Part shown: positions 51,682 to 63,624 of the stretch, one piece after another
Numbering within the stretch: position 1 is the stretch's first letter
Layout: the number at the start of each line of letters is the position of its first letter
NCBI GenBank assembly: GCA_043228905.1
Contig: JBHGNT010000015.1
Location: forward strand, 15,872,001 to 15,936,000
DNA: 64,000 bases
Source of the DNA: Azolla caroliniana
Taxonomy: Eukaryota; Plantae; Polypodiophyta
Direction of reading: 5' to 3'
Notes under the pieces: model-generated
What the model was told of the DNA's origin: nothing
The model's database searches: none
What the model saw: the letters and a program-made list of their open reading frames with translations, nothing else
Translations under genes and position numbers: made by a program

Positions 51682-53517
51682 ATGGCTAAGGCTATGGCGG
51701 CTGAAGAGCAGGTTCTTGGTTGGCTGAGTAGCTTTGAGGCTGCCCTCCTCCAACGAGATGTGGAGGCTGCAACCCAACTCTTCCTCCCCCATGAATGCTT
51801 CTGGAGAGACCTCCTTGCCTTCACTTGGAACTTCTACACCGCGGAATCCCGAGAGGAGATCGGAGACATGCTCCGCTCCACACTCCTCACGAACCCCGAT
51901 CACTTCATCCAACCTCCCTCCTCTTGGAAGCTCCATGGCCATGTGGAGGACCTCACCCATCCCCATGGCTTCATCCAGGCCTTCTTCACCTTCGAGACCC
52001 CCATCGCCCGCGGCCGCGGGGTCATCAAGCTGCGGGATGGCAAATGCTGGTGCCTCCTCACCTCCATGCTTGAGCTCAAAGGATACGAAGAGCCCGCCGG
52101 GCTGCGGCGCGAGCCTGGTGTGATCCCGGGGGCCGTGCCAGGTGGCCGCGGGACATGGCTCGAAGCCAGACTCGATGAGCTTAAACGGCTCGGTCGGAGC
52201 CCTTCGCACCAACCGTATTGTCTCGTGATAGGCGGCGGACAAGCAGGGATCTGTCTCGGTGCAAGGCTTCGCTGGCTCCGTGTCCCGACCATCATCATCG
52301 AGAAGAATGCACGGCCCGGAGACTCGTGGCGCAACCGATACAGATCCCTATGCCTCCACAACCCAGTGTGGATCAACCACTTGCCCTACCTCCCGTTCCC
52401 CGACCATTGGCCCGTGTTATTCTCGAAAGACAAGATCGCCGACTGGCTTGAGGCATACACACTTATCATGGAGCTTGTGTATTGGGGATCAACTGAGTGT
52501 AGATCCGCCCGCTTTGACCCAATTGACAAAAAGTGGGAAGTAGTCGTAGTAAACAATGGAGGCGAAGAGATCCTACTCTACCCTAAGCACCTTGTGCTCG
52601 CCACGGGCATATTTGGTGGCCCCAACATGCCGATTTTCCCCGGGGCCGAACGCTTTCAAGGTGTGCAATGCCATTCAAGCCAATACAAGAGCGGCCTCGA
52701 ATGGACCGGGAAGCAATGTGTTGTTGTCGGATCCAACAATTCCGCCCACGACATATGTGCCGATCTATGGGAGAGTGGGGCTGCCCAAGTGACCATGGTT
52801 CAAAGGTCGTCAACCCATGTCGTGCGCTCTAAGTCCCTCTTCAATCTTGGGTATTTACCAGACTACCAAGAAGACTCAAAATACTCGACCGACGATGCCG
52901 ACCTTCGCTTTGCTTCGATTCCTTACAAAATCATGCATAGGGCATGCCTAGATTTCTACAAAAAGGTAGTTGAAAGGGATGCAAAGTTCTATGATGACCT
53001 CAAGAGTGTGGGTTTCATGCATGACTTTGGGGATGATGGGTCAGGATTTTATATGAAGTACCTCCGACGAGGGTCTGGACATTACATTGATGTGGGTGCA
53101 TCGGAGCTCGTGATAAAAGGTGAGATTGACCTAAAGAGTGGAGTAACTTTGAAGGAAATGAAAGAGAGGAGTGTTATGTTGAGTGACGACACTGAAATTC
53201 GAGCAGATCTAGTTGTGTATGCAACTGGGTACGAATCCATGAACAAATGGGCAACCAAACTTATCTCACAAGAAGTGGCGGACAATGTTGGGAAGTGTTG
53301 GGGTTTGGGGTCCAACACTGAGAAGGATCCCGGCCCATGGGAAGGAGAGCTTCGAAATATGTGGAAGCCGACCAAGCAAGAGGGGTTGTGGTTCCATGGG
53401 GGTAACCTGCATGAATGTAGACAATATTCTCTACACTTAGCATTGCAAATTAAAGCACGCCTGGAAGGCATTCCCATCCATGTCTATGGAATGGGCAAGG
53501 TTCACCATACTAGTTAA
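51682..53517 (+). CDS. flavin-containing monooxygenase, bacterial type II-like (N-terminal SnoaL/NTF2-like extension), intronless
   Basis: 611-aa ORF. N-terminal extension with WRDLLAFTWN, FAD Rossmann motif GGGQAG, WRNRY..LCLH, FMO motif FQGVQCHSSQY, degenerate NAD(P)H motif GSNNSA, ATGY, and C-terminal GPWEGELRNMWKPT...LWFHGGNL. Confidence 0.92.
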   Translation: MAKAMAAEEQVLGWLSSFEAALLQRDVEAATQLFLPHECFWRDLLAFTWNFYTAESREEIGDMLRSTLLTNPDHFIQPPSSWKLHGHVEDLTHPHGFIQAFFTFETPIARGRGVIKLRDGKCWCLLTSMLELKGYEEPAGLRREPGVIPGAVPGGRGTWLEARLDELKRLGRSPSHQPYCLVIGGGQAGICLGARLRWLRVPTIIIEKNARPGDSWRNRYRSLCLHNPVWINHLPYLPFPDHWPVLFSKDKIADWLEAYTLIMELVYWGSTECRSARFDPIDKKWEVVVVNNGGEEILLYPKHLVLATGIFGGPNMPIFPGAERFQGVQCHSSQYKSGLEWTGKQCVVVGSNNSAHDICADLWESGAAQVTMVQRSSTHVVRSKSLFNLGYLPDYQEDSKYSTDDADLRFASIPYKIMHRACLDFYKKVVERDAKFYDDLKSVGFMHDFGDDGSGFYMKYLRRGSGHYIDVGASELVIKGEIDLKSGVTLKEMKERSVMLSDDTEIRADLVVYATGYESMNKWATKLISQEVADNVGKCWGLGSNTEKDPGPWEGELRNMWKPTKQEGLWFHGGNLHECRQYSLHLALQIKARLEGIPIHVYGMGKVHHTS

Positions 53518-54464
53518 CAAGAAGCATTTGGTAGTGCTTATTTAGTTCTGGGTTGACACTTCCAACATTCTAAGAATTCAATAAGAGGAAACAATAAAGC
53601 AATAAAAGGAATACTACACTAGTTGCACACTACCTATCTCACAAGGGAGTGTATTCTTGCAAGCACGCAATTAAGCGAGTTTTCAATCCTAGTATGTACC
53701 ATATGTGCATTCGCATTCGAGAATTTTTCAATCATTTGAGTATGGTAAACGCCCTACTTTTGTATTCATTGTTTATTATAGGGTAAATTTTTTTAATGTA
53801 AGAAAGTTAAAATAAAAAGTGTAAAAAAAAACATAAAAATGTTTTGATAACATATGCATTCGTTTGCATTTGTATTGAAAAGAATGTTTGTCAATCCATT
53901 CGATTATATTATGTACTAAGGTTTCAATAATACCACTATTAGAGTCATGCATATTGTTATAAGGATAAATGTTCCTTGATGGTTACCTAGTGGTTATGGA
54001 TTCAAGGGCACATGCACGAGTATATCATTTATTCTGCGCAAGTCGTTTACCTATTCATTATTTTCTATTTCCTGAGAAAAAACAACGTACCATACGTGCA
54101 TATGCGAATATTACGTTCTATGGTTTGTGTATGGTTGTCCAATGCGAGCACCCACTTCAAGAGTTTATGTTGTAGATAGATTGATTACAATCTTCCCCCC
54201 CTCAAAAAGAGATGAGATAGTGTGGTCAATTGTGTTAAATCTTAGTTTTTTGTGATTGAGTCACCGAAATATCAATGGCCTAGGTTTTGGGTCCGTCAAG
54301 TGCAGTACCTAACATGCACATGGGAAGAATAGTCCCTCCGTCAATTGTGTCGTCTTTTAAGATCCCAAGAGGTTTTAGTGAGCCACCATCAAACATGTGA
54401 AGATAGAACATACAAGCATTCCATATCATCAACCTAAATACCGACCCAAGTTGAAGATAAAAAA

Positions 54465-54690
54465 CACTACAAAAAAAAGGCGTTAGTGATGTCAAAAGTC
54501 CTCACAAAATGTTTCGTCATTGGTCCGTCATCATGTGACGTATTAAGTGGTGCACTTTGCGGCGGGGTTTGTCACATGTCCCTAAGCGACACATGCAACA
54601 TCACACGTCGACATACGAGTGCCACGGAGCAATGCCCCCCCTCTCTCTCTAGATTCCTCTATAAATGAGGCCTTTTTGCAACGTCAATGT
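54465..54690 (+). mobile_element. CACTA (En/Spm) element terminus
   Basis: CACTACAAAAAAAAGG followed by subterminal TGTGAC/GTCAC-type motifs. No matching right end found. A related stretch lies at 63625-63680. Confidence 0.6.
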
Positions 54691-54694
54691 ATCA

Positions 54695-55200
54695 TGACAT
54701 GGGAAAAATGTGGGAGCTCATGCTTCACACATTATACCATACATGTTGCACCTAACTACAAAACCATATTCTTTGTGGAACGGGGAAACCGTACATGTTG
54801 ATACATCCTAGAGCCCATTCTGTTGGCTTCCATTCGAACCATTGCTTCCATGAGACTTAGCTCACATGCATTGCGATATGAAATGGGGCATTTGGGGCAC
54901 AAGTGATGAGAGTGGTCGACTATGCATACTTTGCCCTAAACACATTCGAGAGTTTGGGTATCACGCTTTGATACAATACTTTGCCTTCGGTCATATTCAA
55001 CCATGCTTTCCACATATCTTTGAGCAAGCCCAACCCTTGCACGAATTTCTCTCGCAACCACAATGTGCACTCTTGATTGCAACATTCACTAGTAAAGTTC
55101 TTGAACATCAAGAGTCGTTACTCACTTTCGCACTTATCACGTGAAATGTAATATTTTTGGTCTCATTGGTCATATTTGGCCTCCGAAGAAGATAATATAA
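54695..55200. repeat. dispersed ~500-bp repeat, copy 2
   Basis: Colinear with 49120-49620. Confidence 0.8.
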
Positions 55201-55209
55201 TTTCTCTCT

Positions 55210-58200
55210 TTCTCCATGGTAGGTAGCGCCATGAACTGACTAATCACCCCGACCGAGTAGTTGAGATCTGGTCGGGTGATGGTCAAGTATATAAGGCTTC
55301 CAACTATCTGTGGGAACCTCGTCGGGTCGCATACCTTTTTGGAATTGGGGCGAAGCTTGACGGTTCTATCCAGAGGAGTCGAGACAGACTTACAATCGGC
55401 CATCCCGAATTTGAGGAGCATACTTAGCACGTAATGCCGTTGTCTGATCAGTATGCCTTCGGGGGTGCGGATCACTTTGATCCCGAGGAAGTAATGAAGG
55501 TCCCCTAGATCCTTCATGTCGAATGATGCCGCAAGCTGGAGCTTCACGCGGTCAATCTCACCTAGGTTGGTGCCGGTGATCAAGTCATCAACATAAAGTA
55601 AAATGCTAACTAGCCCAAGTCGACCTTTCCGAATGAACAACGAGGAGTCCGATTTTGACGTCACAAAGCCCATCCGACGCAATCATTGTGTGATCTTCGC
55701 GTTCTAGGCACGCGGGGCTTGCTTTAGTCCGTAAAGGGACTTCTTCAACCGGCACACCGCCGAGGTGTTCATTCCGGATTGAAATCTGGGGGGTTGTATC
55801 ATGTATACCTGTTCCTCAACCTCACCTTGCAGGAACGCTGTTACTCGGACAAGTATAGATACGTCGGAGTCGGAAGGATGTTCGGAGTCGGATCGACAGT
55901 TCGGATCGATGACTGAGCAGATAGCCGAATAGGACATAGTTAGTTACGAAGTTTTGTAATTCTTGATAATTATAGGCAGTAGGATTTCTTGATGAGAAAA
56001 GACCTTCGGGTTACCTATAAAAGGAACCAAAGGCATTGTAAAAATCTATCGTTGTATTTAGTAATATAAAGTTTGGTTAGGAAATCTCTGTGTACGGATT
56101 GCTTTTTGCCATCTATTTCTTTCTGTCTAAACTATATTACATAAGTCACGATCTCGGTGTCTGTTATCACCGATAAGTTTACAGATAATTTGTATCTATT
56201 TGTCTAACCACAACTTCTTGATAGAACGTTTGGTACGAACGTTTGTCTTATACTATGTCGGCAAAGAAGTAATTGTCGACCGAACAACAAACGCATTCTT
56301 TACATCCATCTGATGTAAGTGCCACCCCTTCGCCGTAGCTATTGTGAGCAAAGTGCGGACAGTCGTTGTCGTGCCTTTTGGCGCCGGATTGTTGCGTAAG
56401 TCGGGTGGGAACCATTGAGGTTTTGGACTAGCAGAAAGAAGAATATGAGATAAGGCTAGTAATGAATAGGTAGAAAGATAGGTAAGTTATGAATCTCGTG
56501 AATCCCACGAGTTTAGTGTATTTAATCAATATTTAGATAGTAAGAGACAATTTTAATCACAAATTCATGAATCCCACGAATCTATTATATTAATTGGTGT
56601 TTTAGGAAATATATCCAATTTCCAAATATTCCACACCTATTACATTGAGCTCCCCATCCTTATATAGTGATGAGAGACTCTTAACAATCCATGCTTTTTC
56701 TATAGATAGACTCTATGCTTTTTCTAAAGTGATCCTACTTTCTCTAATTTGATGTGTTTTTATCGATTATGGTGTTCATGCACGCTACATGTGCATGTGT
56801 AGCTTTTTCTTTTATCATGCGTTTTCTTCTAACTAAAGTTTATCCTAGCGTGAACGTACCTTTCTATGTGGGACGTTTACTTTTTTAACACTAATGATAT
56901 ATTAGTGTAATGGTAAGGTTGGGGTTTGTTTACATGGAGGTACAAGGTTCAAATCTTGCCCTATGCACATAATAAATATATTTTTAATATTTTATTTTAT
57001 TTATTATACGTACTTTAAATCAGATATAGTATTTTACATATTTCACATAGTGTGTGATTCACACTACGACATCGTGATCTTCGCGACCGGTGCAAATGTC
57101 TCATCGTAGTTGATGTCGTGTTGCCGTGCGTAGCCTTTCGCTACTAACCGGGCCTTGTATCGGTTGACCGAGCCGTCGGTGTTGTACTTGACCTTGTACA
57201 CCCACCTACATCCGATCGGCTTCACACCTTTTGGTGCGTCAACTAGGTCCCAGGTTTCATTTTCCGGTAATGCGCGCATCTCTTCCTCCATTGCAGCACG
57301 CCAATTTGCATCCTTCGCTACTTCTGCGTAGCTCTCCAGCTCACTTACTTCCGCTACACGGGTCATGTACGCATAGTGATGCGCCATGTACTCATTGTAT
57401 CCGAATTGCACAACAGGGTTGTTCTGGCGGGTAGGTCGACGTCATTGCTCATTAGCCGATGTTGAGGCTTTCTTGGCCGACGCGGACTTCGATCTCGAAG
57501 ACCCATCATCACTTCCCTCGGAGTCAGACTCGCGTCGATCCGACTCGTTCCTTTCCGTACCGTAATCCGACACCTTCTTCTTCCCTTTTTCCTTGAGCGT
57601 AAGCCGTCTCCTCGGCTTCCTGCGCGGGGAATGCATGACCAAGTCTCCACTACTCGCCGGCTCTTCTTCGGACTGGTCAAGCCGACCCAGTTGCTTATAC
57701 TGTCCACTTAGCTGAAATGAAATCGGACTCTCATTGAGGGTCTTGATTTCGCGGTCATCCGGAGGCATTTTAGCCTCGCTGACCTCATCGTCAAAACTCG
57801 GGTTCGGAGATCCGGAGTTGGAGTTGAGGTCCGGAGTTGGAGGAAAGTACCAGGACGCGGAGTCGTCAAACACAACATCGCGGCTCACACGAGCTTGTTT
57901 GGTTCGGGGGTTATAACACCTATAACCCTTCTGCTCATCCAAAAAGCCGACTAAGATACATTTCTCAGCTTTCGCGTCCAACTTCCTCCGGTTCTCCTTC
58001 GGCACATGCACATACGCAATGCTACCCAAAACTCTCAAGTGTCGTAGATTCGGCTTCATTCCGAAATATAGCTCATGTGCCGACACTTTTTCTCCGATCT
58101 GATTCTGGATGTACACCGCGGTTCGTACCGCCTCGGCCCAATAGAACTTGGGCAAGCTCTTTTCTTCCAGCATTGCCCGCGCCGCTTCTACAATCGACCG

Positions 58201-60633
58201 ATTCTTCCTTTCGGCCACGCCGTTTTGCTCCGGCGTATATCTGCAATTGAATTCGCGTTGAATTCCCATCTGTTGCAGATACCTATTGAATTAACTGGAA
58301 AAGTACTCTTTTCCGCCATCCGACCACAGGCACTTGATCTTTCTTCCTATTTCCCTTTCGACGAGACTGTTGAGGTCCTGGAAACAGTCAAAGACTTCAG
58401 TCTTCTTCTCAATGAGGTAGATCCACGTGTGCCGCGTATAGTCGTCGATGAAGGAGATGAAATATCGACTCCGGCCAAGACTAACGTTCTGTGCCAGCCC
58501 CCATACATAGGAATGTATCAAGTCGAGCTTGTTCCGGCTCCGGTTGCACTCGTTTGGGAAAGGAAGTCGGTGTTGCTTCCCTAGCTCGCAGGCTTCACAA
58601 ATTTGTGCCTTCCGGCCACTAAATTTGGGTAATCCGAACACCACCTGTTTCGATTGTAGGTCTTGAAGCCGTTGATAGTTGATGTGGCCTATCCGCTTGT
58701 GCCATAAGTCGATATCCGACTCGACTTTATTTCCTTTCGCAAACATTGCGGGGCCACTGTCACTGGAGTCGAGGATAAACATCCTCCCGTCTCTGTGCCC
58801 TTGCACAATAACTCGGCCATCTTCCTTGATGAAGCACCCGAGATGTGTAAACCAAACTGCATCCCCTAGTCGACGATCTGTCCGACCGACACCTGGTTCT
58901 TTGTGATTGTTGGAATGTGTAACACATTCATGAGTTTCCCTTTTTGCCCGACATGACTTAGGGGAACTTCATTGACATTCGCGATCGGATGCAGAGTGTC
59001 GTCTCCGGTTGCGACTACTCCCGGTTGCATCGGTTTCTCAAGGTATGAGAACCACTCCTTGTGGCACGTCATGTGGTTTGAGTCGACGTACCACACGTCG
59101 TCCGATTTCGGGGTGGACTTCTTCATTGAGTTTGCTTCGTGTCTCGTTTCGAAGACTGACCCTTTTTTGGGCTTTTTCGGGTCCTTCGGCGTAGTGCGAT
59201 TGTTGTCGATTACCCTTGTCGGTTTGTTCAAAACTTGATCCGGACCCGGTCCTCTCCGAATCGGCACGCTTCTTCTAGCACTCGCTCTCCTTGTGGCCTT
59301 TCTTACCACAGTACTAGCATTCCGCGGCGGATTTCCCTTGTCGGTTCTCGTCACCTCGACTCCCCCTATTTCCGGAGGGTCCGGATTTGCTATCGCATCA
59401 CTTCGGTGCCTTCCTTCCTCCTTGATCTCGTCGGCCGCCTCCATTGCGCACCGACTCGCCTCGTCCGCCACGACCACGTGGCCGATCTCCCTCCGTGTAC
59501 AACATCTTGTTATCGGCGTGCGTACTCGTCGACGCACCCATGTAGTTCTCCTCTATAAGGAGCATCGATTGTAGGTCGAAAAACGACGACGTATTCTCCC
59601 GTGTGCACACAACAGTTTAGAACGCTCCGAACTTCGACGCTAGTCCCCCCAGACAGATCTGCACCATCTCGCCTTCCTCGACGTTCACATCGATAGAGGC
59701 TAAGGAGTCACATATCTCTTTGATCTTCGAGGTGTAATCAGCCACTTACAAGTCGCGTTGTCGTAAGTTGCTCAGCTCTTGTCGGAGTTGAAGCTTCCTG
59801 GTTGTTGTGCTTGTAGCGAAAATCTTCTTCAGATGTCCCCAAGCAACTTTCGGCATTTTCGCATCCCGAATGTAGCTTAGAAGTTGTTCCCTCACACAAG
59901 ACGTGAAGCAGTAGAGGACTCTGCTCGCCGACTGTTCCCATGCTAGGAAATCTCTATGGGTCGAATCGGGTGCTGTGTCATTTGCTCTGTCGACGTAGCT
60001 CTAGTAACCGTGCCCGAGCAGGTATTGGTGCATCTTGTAAGACCAAGACGCGTAGTTTTTTCTGTCAAACTTCTCTGTTGGAAGCGAGCTAGCCATGCTT
60101 CTATCCATTTTGTTTTTCCTGGACTTTACGAAGGTTAGGTTTTCTTCTTTGAGCTAAGGTCGGTTGCAGATGTTCTTAACCCTCACGCTTTGATACCATG
60201 TAAAAAGAATAGCGTGCGGAAGCAATAGAAAACCGAACACAGAAACGTAGGTTTAATGGAGAGCTTGAATATACACAGTACGCGGGAGAGAGAGAGAGTC
60301 AATACACACAACTCAATTCAAAAAATAATACTCAGTCTCTACATAGGATGTGCTCAGTGAGCACTTTTATTCAAGTCCATATGAACTCACAGAAGTACTA
60401 ACACGTACTTCAATGCTCATAACTGAGCTCTACACTAACTCCCAAAATATATTTCTATGCGGAATATCTTTCCAACGGCCTCGTGGTTTACGCATCGCTA
60501 CGGCTTCTCGTTGCGCACTGGTCTGCGCACCGGTCTACGCACTGGTCCGGCCTAACCGATCGATCCCAACCGATCCGGTTCTCGTCTTGCACAACCGATC
60601 TGGCCCAACTTTGATTATGACAATCATTTGACA
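55210..60633 (-). mobile_element. Ty1/copia element, 3'-truncated (5' LTR about 60199-60633, PBS-Met, gag-PR-INT-RT)
   Basis: PBS TGGTATCAAAGC on the minus strand (60187-60198), integrase (LWHKRIGH, SDGGKEY, PEQNGVAERKNR) and RT (LYVDDL). Pol is related to 540-4832. Confidence 0.92.
55839..57071. mobile_element. LTR-like insertion(s) (TGTTACT...CTACGACA) interrupting the copia RT
   Basis: The copia RT breaks at VAKIT (57072) and resumes at AFLQGE (55838), with some 20-plus codons missing. The insert has TG...CA ends and no matching TSD, so it is probably two LTR pieces. Confidence 0.65.
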
Positions 60634-60727
60634 TTGAGGAGCCTTCGAATCATCCATCCTCTCTAGTTGAAGTCCTCAGTGGTCTCGCTCAAGTAGCACA
60701 TTGATGAGATCGAAGCCTGCCACAACC

Positions 60728-62962
60728 TGTTACACTCTAGCATATATTGGTTCAAAGATTTGAACAAACAGAAAAACGGGAAGCAAAATACACAAGTTCA
60801 GTGACACAAGATGTTTTACATGAAAACCCTAACAAGGGAAAACCACTAGAGTCCACAAACTCCAAAATCTTCCATTAGGCAAGAGGAAATATAGAGAGAC
60901 TCACATGCATCAACCTTGAGCTCGTCTTCTTCACCTGATGGCGATTACAACAGAGATCCAACAACACACACACACACTCTCTCTCTCTCTCTCACACACA
61001 CGCGCGCGCGCGCACAAAAACTCTAAACCTTACACTGTTACAACAGTATGAACACATAATGCCTAACGTTTTGCCCTAGTTATATTTATCCTTTTATAAC
61101 TTAGGGCTATTAAAAAATAGACTGGTCTAAATAGTCGCAACGTTAAACCTATTTACATATGTGGCCTCTTCTGAACACCTATCTGGATTTGATCCGAACA
61201 CTGATCCGGATCCGGATTCAGTCTCTTTTTTCCTTTGGATCCTATTGATCCAGTTCATGCTCTCCTTCCCATCTCGAGGGACCTTGTTTCCCAACAAACT
61301 CCCCCTTCACTCCGGCATGGGGTGGTTCGTCAACCCGACCCAACTTCGACATGCGTTCAGCCTCTTCTCCGACAACACCTTTGTCATCATGTTCAACCCG
61401 TTCTCTTATGTGTGCACCTTCACTACAACAAGCTCCTTTTCTTCTACCCTCTCTCTAAGGCAATGTTATCTCCATTGGATGTGCTTCGTCCTCGAGTGCT
61501 AGGCAATATTCTTTGCAAGGTGAATGACACTTTGGTTGTTGCAGCAGAGTCGGAATTCTTCTTGCTGAATCCCCAACTCTCAAATGAACTCCTTCATCCA
61601 GATTATCTCCTTGCTGGCTTTGGCTGCAACCCTATACTCAGCTTCCATGGTCGACAACACCACAGCCATTTGCAGCCTTGACTACCACGAGATGACTCCC
61701 CCTACATAAGTCATTACATACCCTAAACGTGGATCAGTTGGTGTCTACATCAGCCGACATGTCGGAGTTGGTAAAACCTTCTAATATGGAATTACCTGAG
61801 CCGAATTAGAGGCACACGCTCGAGGTGCCTTTCATGTACGGAAGTATTCACTTCACTTGTGCCCAATGCCCTGTGCCTCGATAGCTCATGAATCGGCTGA
61901 CGACTTTAACAACATATTTGATTTCTGGCCCGGTGCAAACTATCGCATACATAAGGCTTCCGACTGCTGAGGCATAGGGTACCTTCATCATCTCAACCTT
62001 TTCCACATTCGACTTTGGACTTTGACTCCTGGACAACTTGTTGTTTGTTGGCAATGTCAAGCCGACTGGCTTCGTGTTTTGCATGATGCAAACCATCACA
62101 TACAGAACATAGGCTTCGGACTGCTGAGGCGTAGCGTGCCTTCATCATCTTAGCCTTTTCCACCTTTGTCTTTGGACTTTGACTCCTAGACAACTTGTTG
62201 TTTATCAGCAATGTCGACCTGACTGGCTCCGCGTTTTGCATGTTGAATCTCTAGAGCACTTTTGTCACGTAGTTTTCTTGTAACAACCACAATAATCTCT
62301 TTGTCCGATCGCGGACAATGTGCATTCCTAGGATCTGCCTTGTCCGACCCATATCCTTCATTGTGAATGACCTGCTCAAGGCCTTCTTCAACATTCTGAT
62401 CTTCATATGATCTCGTCCGAAAATCAGCATGTCGTCTATGTACAGTAGGAGTATGAGGAAGTTTCGTCCGTCAAACTTCTTCACAAACACTAAGTGGTCG
62501 GCTTGCGTTTTGTGGTACCCTTGATCGGTCATGAATCATGACGGATTCAAACTTTTGGTATCAATATCGGGGAGCCTACTTCAGTCCATAAAGGCTCTTC
62601 TTCAACCCGCATACTAGGTTCTCCTTCTCTTTCTTGACGAATCCTTTCGGTTGCTGCATGTATATCTCCTCTTCAAGATCACCATGCAGAAATGTTGTCT
62701 TGACATCCAATTGTTCAACTTCAAGGTCCATGTTGGCTGCTATGCTCAACATTGTTCGGATGGATGTCATTTTCACTACAGGGTCAAATATGTTGCCGAA
62801 ATCCACCTATTTCTTTTGTTGAAATCCCCTGACGACAGTTCACACTTTGTATCTTAGTGGATTTCTACCATCTCCCGGTTTCACCTTGTATACCCACTTG
62901 TTCCAGAGTACCCTCTTTCCTTCCGCCAACTCCGTCAGTTCGTATGTGTGGTTCTCATGCAT
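60728..62962 (-). mobile_element. Ty1/copia 3' fragment (RT-RH, PPT, 3' LTR about 60728-61296)
   Basis: RT motifs ([25 protein letters not shown]) and PPT GAGTGAAGGGGGAG followed by TGTTGGG on the minus strand. Family of the 28546-46555 element. Internal ~140-bp duplication near 61950-62240. Confidence 0.88.
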
Positions 62963-63624
62963 GGAAAAATGGTTGATACTAATGATGTTAGCATTGGCAT
63001 TAGTACCAAAAGGATTAGGTCTCAAGAGATTAAGAAAGACAGTAATCAAGGCTCAATAACGTGATTTTGGCTCTTTCAAGCTATTGTGGGAACAATGACT
63101 TTGCTTATTGCCCCTTTTTTCGTTTGTTTCTAGACATGTTCCTATGCCACTAATGTCAACATCAACATCATTGTAAAAAGCACTGGAAATGGAAACATAT
63201 CCATCAACCCTTTTTTTCCTTAAGTTGAAATCAATAACGTTTGCATTCCAAAGAAAATTGAGAGAGAGAGAGAGGCTAAGAAAGAAGATAATTGTCACGT
63301 GAGCAACGAGAAGAAGGCAACGTGCATGTTGGGTGGGCCGAAGCACAATGTAAAATAAGAGCAATGCATTGTTGTTGACAAGGGTGTCCACACGTTAGTT
63401 TGACTTGGTTGGAAGGTGCGTGACAAGTAGAAAGTATGACGCTAGGGCCAACGATATATACGTGTGTGTGTGTGTATGTGTATCGAAACCGTGGTCACAC
63501 GTGTTCTTCGTGCTCGCGGCATGGGAGTACTACCCACATATCAGTCATCAATGACCAATATATGGTAGTTCACTAAACAAGTCATCTACCCAATCAAACA
63601 AAACCAATGATTGGTTGAGTGCTT
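62963..63624 (+). repeat. paralogous copy of the FMO upstream region (49700-50217 joined to 51449-51621) lacking the TIR element
   Basis: Colinear high similarity on both sides of the insertion point, e.g. AAAATGGTTGATACTAA, AGTAGAAAGTATGACGCTAG and CAAGTCATCTACCCAATCAAACAAAACCAATGATT. Confidence 0.92.

Noticed and set aside
51583-52376. Antisense ORFs (219 aa, 158 aa) over the FMO gene
   Set aside because: Shadow ORFs caused by the GC-rich coding strand; no recognisable motifs.
53630-54170. Possible MITE downstream of the FMO (recurrent GCATTCG/TGCGA motifs)
   Set aside because: No convincing TIR pair or TSD could be found by eye.
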